IMG/VR virus record: IMGVR_UViG_3300048893_000093
Location: 1 to 51,656 of that record
Length of the DNA stretch: 51,656 nt
Source of the DNA: a virus
Taxonomy: Duplodnaviria; Caudoviricetes
Strand: one strand, 5' to 3'
Part shown: positions 46,339 through 51,656 of the stretch, piece by piece
Position numbering within the stretch: the stretch's first letter is position 1
How the letters are laid out: each line of letters opens with the position of its first letter
Notes under the pieces: model-generated
Seen by the model: the letters and a program-made list of their open reading frames with translations, nothing else
Database searches by the model: none
Told to the model about the DNA's origin: nothing
Program-made: the position numbers and the translations under genes

Positions 46339-47844
46339 ATGTCGGCAGTTGGATCAAACAATGTAGCGTCAATAGTTGGTTACCAACTCTCTGTTTTACT
46401 TCAAAATTCAACTTCAAATTTACCACAGCGTGTAGCCGTTCTTTGCGAGGCAAACCACGCCAATCAGGATAGTTTAGATGTTTCGGAATGGGAAGCCACA
46501 TCGTTAAAAGCAGTTGGTCTGCGTTATGGTTTTGGTTCACCGGCATATCAGATTGCCAGGATAATGATGCCGATTTTAAACGGTATTCCTTTAGTTTTTT
46601 ATCCACAATCCGAAGCAGCCGGGGCAACTGCAAAAGTTTATGAAATAACTCCCGTTGGTACAGCGACTTCCAGCGCAACCCACACTATAAAAATTGATGG
46701 GCGCGATGGATTGGATGCGCAATTTTACAATATCACAATTAACCAGGGGGATTCATCCGACCAAATAACTGATAAAATTACCGATGCCGTAAATTCAGTA
46801 TTGGGTGCGCCAATGTCGGCCACTGATACAGATTACGTAAATACTTTCACATCAAAATGGAGAGGTGAAACTGCAAACGCTTTAACTGTTAGCGTCGATA
46901 CCAACGGAAACGATGCCGGGATTACATATATCATTAACAGCATCCAAAATGGTGCTGGCGTTCCATCAATAGCCGATGCACTTGCTTTGATGGAACCCAA
47001 ATGGAATACAATCGGCATAAATTCTTACGGAACAAATACAACTATTTGCAGCGCGCTTGAAGCATGGACAGGTATTCCTGATCCGGATGCACCAACTGGC
47101 CGTTATATTGGAATTGTAATGAAACCGATTATCTGGCTTACCGGTTCTGTTGATGAAGATCCGTCATCATTTACTGACCCGCGTAAGGCCCAGGTTGCTA
47201 TATCAATTTCACCTGCTCCGCTTGGTTTGATTTTACCGATGGAAGTAGCAGCAAGCGATGGCGGTACATGGGCAGTTATCGCACAGGATAATCCGGCATT
47301 GGATGTTCTGAATAAGCGCCTTGTTGATATTCCGGCACCTACATTGATCGGCGTAATGTCAAATTACAATGACCGCGATAGAATTGTGAAAAAAGGATGT
47401 TCCACCGTTGATCTGATAAATGGAAATTATGTAATGAAAGACCCTATTACAACTTTCCATCCCGATGGTGACCTTCGCCCAGCATGGAGATGGCGCAGGG
47501 ATTTGATGGTTGATTTCAATGTGAGGTTTCGTTATAAAGTTCTTGAAGATATTTTTGTTGTTGGTAAAATTATTGCCAATGATTCAGATTCAGTTCAAAA
47601 CGGCGAAATAATTAAACCAAAAGACTGGAAGCAAATTTTAATTACTTCTTTCTTTGCAGGGTTAGTTTCGGACGGACTGATTGCTGATTTGGATTTTTCA
47701 GTTGCATCTTTGCAAGTTTCAATTGACCAAAATAATCCAAACCGTTTCAATACATTTTTCAGGTATAAAAAAACAGGCATTGCCAGGATTTCAGCAACAG
47801 AAGCTGAATCAGGCGTTAATTTAGGAACACCGGTAAGTATATAA
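46339..47844 (+). CDS. Tail sheath protein (Mu gpL-like)
   Basis: LPQR.A, YGFGSP, KKGCSTV, D.ITT.HP, NPNR. Confidence 0.9.
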   Translation: MSAVGSNNVASIVGYQLSVLLQNSTSNLPQRVAVLCEANHANQDSLDVSEWEATSLKAVGLRYGFGSPAYQIARIMMPILNGIPLVFYPQSEAAGATAKVYEITPVGTATSSATHTIKIDGRDGLDAQFYNITINQGDSSDQITDKITDAVNSVLGAPMSATDTDYVNTFTSKWRGETANALTVSVDTNGNDAGITYIINSIQNGAGVPSIADALALMEPKWNTIGINSYGTNTTICSALEAWTGIPDPDAPTGRYIGIVMKPIIWLTGSVDEDPSSFTDPRKAQVAISISPAPLGLILPMEVAASDGGTWAVIAQDNPALDVLNKRLVDIPAPTLIGVMSNYNDRDRIVKKGCSTVDLINGNYVMKDPITTFHPDGDLRPAWRWRRDLMVDFNVRFRYKVLEDIFVVGKIIANDSDSVQNGEIIKPKDWKQILITSFFAGLVSDGLIADLDFSVASLQVSIDQNNPNRFNTFFRYKKTGIARISATEAESGVNLGTPVSI

Positions 47845-47858
47845 AAATTAATGTAAAA

Positions 47859-48263
47859 ATGGGATTTTTCGCTGGCGATTTAAAAAGCATCACAATCAAA
47901 CATCAGGTTGAAGGCACTGTTATTTTAGAATGCAAAGCATCCCAGGATAACAGTTATGATCTTGGTGGGATTCGTAAAACAGAGGTTGCTGTTACCGGTA
48001 ATGGAACGCCAATTTATAAAATGAATAATGTTCCTTGGGAAGTTGATGCATTGGTGGCGTGGGATATGCTTGTTGCCGAAGAACTTCAAGCATTGGGCCG
48101 GATCGCCGCTTCTACAATCGAAGCTGATATAACGATTGATAGCATTAACGGTTCGGTATATGGCGCGAAAGGCTCCGTTATTAGCGACCTTAAGGCAAAT
48201 GTAAACGATTCAACTGTACCTACTAAATTTGGTGGCGGTGGAACACTTAAAAGGGTAGCGTGA
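47859..48263 (+). CDS. Tail tube protein
   Basis: Size, position after sheath, NG.VY...G motif. Confidence 0.75.
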   Translation: MGFFAGDLKSITIKHQVEGTVILECKASQDNSYDLGGIRKTEVAVTGNGTPIYKMNNVPWEVDALVAWDMLVAEELQALGRIAASTIEADITIDSINGSVYGAKGSVISDLKANVNDSTVPTKFGGGGTLKRVA

Positions 48264-48673
48264 TGAAAGAGGAAGTTGTAAGTTTAGACCAGGCCACAAA
48301 AGAAGTCCATGAATGGATTGATAAAATGGATCGTTCTGCTTTTAAGGATAAAGAAGGCGTTGTTCCAGCAATTGAAGTTTTAATAAAGGCAGTGCAGGTT
48401 GGCGAGTTAGTTTTTGAAGAAAAAACCGTAACTCAAAAATTACAAACACCGCTTGGTGATGGCGCAACAACTGAAATAGTTTATGATTTCAGATACAGTG
48501 CCGGTGATTTTATTAAAGCGACAAAAAATTATTTGGATTTCAGTCCTGACGGCGTTATTGCTCGACTTACATTAGTTAGTAAAGCAAAATTACCAAAGGG
48601 TGTTTTTGAAAAAATGGAACGACATGATTTCCTTATAGCAACACAATTGACTGTTTTTTTTTACAGCCTATAA
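48260..48673 (+). CDS. Tail assembly chaperone (short form)
   Basis: Between tube and tape measure; ends VFFYSL on a T9 run. Confidence 0.75.
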   Translation: MMKEEVVSLDQATKEVHEWIDKMDRSAFKDKEGVVPAIEVLIKAVQVGELVFEEKTVTQKLQTPLGDGATTEIVYDFRYSAGDFIKATKNYLDFSPDGVIARLTLVSKAKLPKGVFEKMERHDFLIATQLTVFFYSL

Positions 48674-48864
48674 AATTTGAATACACATTAAGGACAGTTG
48701 CAATGGAATTTAAAAGTTGGTCGCCTAATATTTTGGGCGACCTTTTTTGTGACAGAGATGACTATTTGGGTCTTTATTACTGGTTCGATTTAGTAATGGA
48801 AAAAAAGAAATTTTCCAGGTTAAAAAAAGGTGAAAGCATGGAAGTAACATTTGAACATTTATAG
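48661..48864 (+). CDS. Tail assembly chaperone -1 frameshift extension (gpGT / gpE'-like)
   Basis: -1 frame open from T run 48654-48662 to TAG 48864: LQPIKFEYTLRTVAMEFKSWSPNILGDLFCDRDDYLGLYYWFD... Confidence 0.75.
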   Translation, partial: LQPIKFEYTLRTVAMEFKSWSPNILGDLFCDRDDYLGLYYWFDLVMEKKKFSRLKKGESMEVTFEHL

Positions 48865-48867
48865 ACA

Positions 48868-51009
48868 ATGCCAGCATTAGTAATTCCATCAATTTTTACA
48901 GCCGTCGATCAAATGTCGCCGGCAATGCAAAAAATGCGTGGCGGTGTTATTTCTTTTGGTCAAAGTGCTGAGGCCGCAATGGCAAGGACTGAACGGGTTG
49001 TGCGAAAATTAACGCCTGGTTTAGGTGCGCTTCAAAAACAAATGCTTTCAATGGTTGGAACTGGTGCTATGGTGGCCGGAGCATTTCAATTAGGTAAATT
49101 TTCATTCAATGCAATCACAGATTACGAAACTGCTGTTGATGCTTTTAGGGTTATTGTTTCTGATTTAAACGATGCTGAATTTGCGCCATTTCAGAAAAAA
49201 ATTGATGACGTTGCAAAACACACACAAAAATCCAGCGTGTTTGTGGCCCAGGCATTTGAGCAGATCGCATCTAAAAACGCTAAGTTCGCGGAAACTGCTG
49301 ATGGTTTAGGTCAGGTTGCAGAGGCTACCATAACTCTTGCAAAAGCTGCACGAATGGATTTACAGCCAGCCGCAGAAAGCCTGGTTGGTATAATGAATGA
49401 ATATTCTTTTGGTGCAGATCAGGCTAATAGAACTATAAACGTATTAGCGGCAGGACAAGCAGTCGGTGCTGCTTCAATTGCCCAAACCGCAGAATCATTT
49501 GTGAATTTAGGCCCGACCGCAGCAAGCGCAAATGTGACATTAGAACAGTCGGTCGCATTAATTCAAACCCTTGCAAAATTTTCACTATATGGTGCTGATG
49601 CTGGTACAGCATTGCGCGGATCAATTATCAAATTACAAAAAGCCGGATTGGGTTATAAATCAGGGCAATTCTCTATTAACGCAGCACTTGACGACACTAA
49701 TAAATTATTAGATAAATTAAAAACAGCAAAACAAAAAGATGCGTTGATAACTGCAATTTTTGGAATACACAATATTACAGCCGGTAAAATATTGGTTGCA
49801 AATCGGCAAACCTATAATGAGTTCACGAAAGCAGTAAGCGGTACCAGTGAGGCGCAGAAGGGAGCGGTTATAAATTCCGGTAATATGAAAACTGTTTTGG
49901 AAAGGTTAAGTGCGGCATGGGCAAATATGTTAACCACTTCTGCCCCGGTTGGCAGTGTGATGGATACGATTTCTAAGGCTGCGGTTTGGTTGACTAATAA
50001 TTTGGAAAAAGTATTAAGCGGCATTGCAACGGCTGTAAAACTATTTCTTGAATACAAAGCCGTCATGTTAACTGCTAAAATAGTTATGACTGCTTGGAAT
50101 GTAACACTTGGTATTAGTTCGGTTGCGCAACGTGCTTTTTCAGCCACATTAAAAGGAAATGAAGTTGCATTAGCGGCCAGGCGTATTTCGATGCTTGGTG
50201 CCGCTATGTTAGGAACCGCAACCGCAACAGAAGGAGCAACAACCGCTACACTTGGATTTAACGCGGCATGGGCGGCTAATCCTATTGGAATAATTGTATT
50301 AGGTGTTGCTGCGCTTGCTGCCGGTATAGGATACTTGGCTTATCACCAGGGGGAATTAAACGCCGAATATGAACGGCAACAAAATATGAATATTCGTGCG
50401 CACATAGATGCGCAAACGCAAGCAACAGCAGATTTGGTTAAGCAGTGGGAAAAAGTTGGTTATGCTACGCATGACGCGATGATAAAGGCGTTGCAATACC
50501 AGGCTCAACAAACCGGGCAAGGTGTTACAGAAGCGCAAAATAAAAAATCAAACATAGAAGGTCAATTATTAACTGCAACTGACAATGCGTGGTTCCCCGC
50601 TTTCAACGAAGATGTATCAAGACTAAGGGGCGAATTAGAAGGTTCAAAATCGGCTTTAAGTTTAGCGTTGGCAGATAAATTAGGCGCTACAAATTCAGTT
50701 CAACAAGCTATTCAAAGCGGTGGTATATCTGCAATTGAAGGACGAGACATATTACAAGGTAAAAAAATTTCGACAAAAAAAGAAGAAATAACAGCGCCAA
50801 CAATAACACAAGAAAAAGAATTTTCACCTGAACAGCAAGCAATGGTTGACGAAATGAACGCGACCATGAAGGCAAGTTTAAATGCAACTATTACGATTAA
50901 AAATGATAGTAATAATTCGGTTGCTATGCAATCTGGCAAATCACAAACCGTTAATGTAATGCCAAATGTTTCATCTACAAAAGTATTAACACCTGCTTAT
51001 GGCCGCTAG
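48868..51009 (+). CDS. Tape measure protein (TP901-like core)
   Basis: Ala-rich helical protein; A.D..SP, G..AGT.LR and ANPIG motifs. Confidence 0.9.
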   Translation: MPALVIPSIFTAVDQMSPAMQKMRGGVISFGQSAEAAMARTERVVRKLTPGLGALQKQMLSMVGTGAMVAGAFQLGKFSFNAITDYETAVDAFRVIVSDLNDAEFAPFQKKIDDVAKHTQKSSVFVAQAFEQIASKNAKFAETADGLGQVAEATITLAKAARMDLQPAAESLVGIMNEYSFGADQANRTINVLAAGQAVGAASIAQTAESFVNLGPTAASANVTLEQSVALIQTLAKFSLYGADAGTALRGSIIKLQKAGLGYKSGQFSINAALDDTNKLLDKLKTAKQKDALITAIFGIHNITAGKILVANRQTYNEFTKAVSGTSEAQKGAVINSGNMKTVLERLSAAWANMLTTSAPVGSVMDTISKAAVWLTNNLEKVLSGIATAVKLFLEYKAVMLTAKIVMTAWNVTLGISSVAQRAFSATLKGNEVALAARRISMLGAAMLGTATATEGATTATLGFNAAWAANPIGIIVLGVAALAAGIGYLAYHQGELNAEYERQQNMNIRAHIDAQTQATADLVKQWEKVGYATHDAMIKALQYQAQQTGQGVTEAQNKKSNIEGQLLTATDNAWFPAFNEDVSRLRGELEGSKSALSLALADKLGATNSVQQAIQSGGISAIEGRDILQGKKISTKKEEITAPTITQEKEFSPEQQAMVDEMNATMKASLNATITIKNDSNNSVAMQSGKSQTVNVMPNVSSTKVLTPAYGR

Positions 51010-51517
51010 TCAAAATAAACTTGTATATGACCACGCGATTGGTGAATCAGATGGTAACGGTGGCGACCTGCAATTGCTTGGAAATGATTTTGCATTGGTA
51101 TATGGAAATGAAAATCAAATTTATCTTGCGTTATTTGGCGGCAATATCGAACAGTCAACAAATGAACCTTCGCCGATACCAGGACAAAATTTCGATTATT
51201 GGGGCAATAAATTATTTCATGGCAATATTCCTGGTCGGCAATTTAATTCTAAAACAGAGCGAACTTTAAATAACACTCCGTTAAACAGTGCTGGGAGGGT
51301 TAAAATTGAAAATGCAGTAAAAGACGACCTGAAATTTTTAACTGATCTCGGTGCAACGTTTACGGTTAATGTTACTTTACCGGCAATAAATACTGTGAAA
51401 ATAAATATTGTAACGATTTATCCAAACGGTTCAAAACGAATGACGGTAATAAATTTCGGTAACACAAAATTAACCGGCGACTTTAACCCACTTGACTTTA
51501 ATGATGACTTTTTTTAA
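50999..51517 (+). CDS. Baseplate wedge protein, Mu gp46-like
   Basis: LALFGGN, YWGN, DL.FL motifs; precedes baseplate J on the circle. Confidence 0.7.
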   Translation: MAASQNKLVYDHAIGESDGNGGDLQLLGNDFALVYGNENQIYLALFGGNIEQSTNEPSPIPGQNFDYWGNKLFHGNIPGRQFNSKTERTLNNTPLNSAGRVKIENAVKDDLKFLTDLGATFTVNVTLPAINTVKINIVTIYPNGSKRMTVINFGNTKLTGDFNPLDFNDDFF

Positions 51518-51529
51518 ACCCATGCCATG

Positions 51530-51656
51530 CTAACGCTGCCAACACAAATACAATTATACAATGGGATTCTTTCCAATTTGGAAAATGAATTCGGTGTGCC
51601 AATTAACGACCAAGGTAAAGCAGAGATGCGCGCACAGGCGGCAACGCAAGCCGCTA
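51530..51656. repeat. Terminal direct repeat, copy 2
   Basis: Identical to 1-127. Confidence 0.95.

Noticed and set aside
46280-46678. Antisense ORF over the sheath gene and similar short shadow ORFs elsewhere
   Set aside because: Overlap confident genes on the other strand or frame and show no protein-like motifs

Overview
The window is an apparently complete, circularly assembled genome of a tailed phage with a contractile tail. It has 51,529 unique bp, because 51530-51656 repeats 1-127. The host is probably a Bacteroidota bacterium, based on TAnnTTTG -7 promoter boxes, AT-rich 5' UTRs and a T9SS-like cargo gene. It combines a lambda-like head module (gpA-family terminase, gpW, portal, ClpP-type protease, decoration protein, major capsid protein E) with Mu-like tail and baseplate genes in a shuffled order. 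It also carries a CHAP endolysin/holin/u-spanin lysis module, recombination and replication genes and an IbrB/IbrA (ParB + PAPS reductase) pair. No integrase was recognised. Three features stand out. (1) A seven-gene glycosyltransferase operon whose first enzyme has an N-terminal domain homologous to the small protein encoded right after the major capsid gene; the operon shares a duplicated divergent promoter/operator module with the head and tail operons, making it a candidate capsid-targeted virion glycosylation system. (2) Three accessory modules, each starting with ACCTCAGCGA at a gene's stop codon and ending in a bulged hairpin or arm resembling an XerD/dif site, carrying a HEPN-like gene, an adenine methyltransferase or two tiny ORFs. 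(3) A 30-unit CXX repeat protein. All family assignments come from motif recognition and synteny, without database searches.
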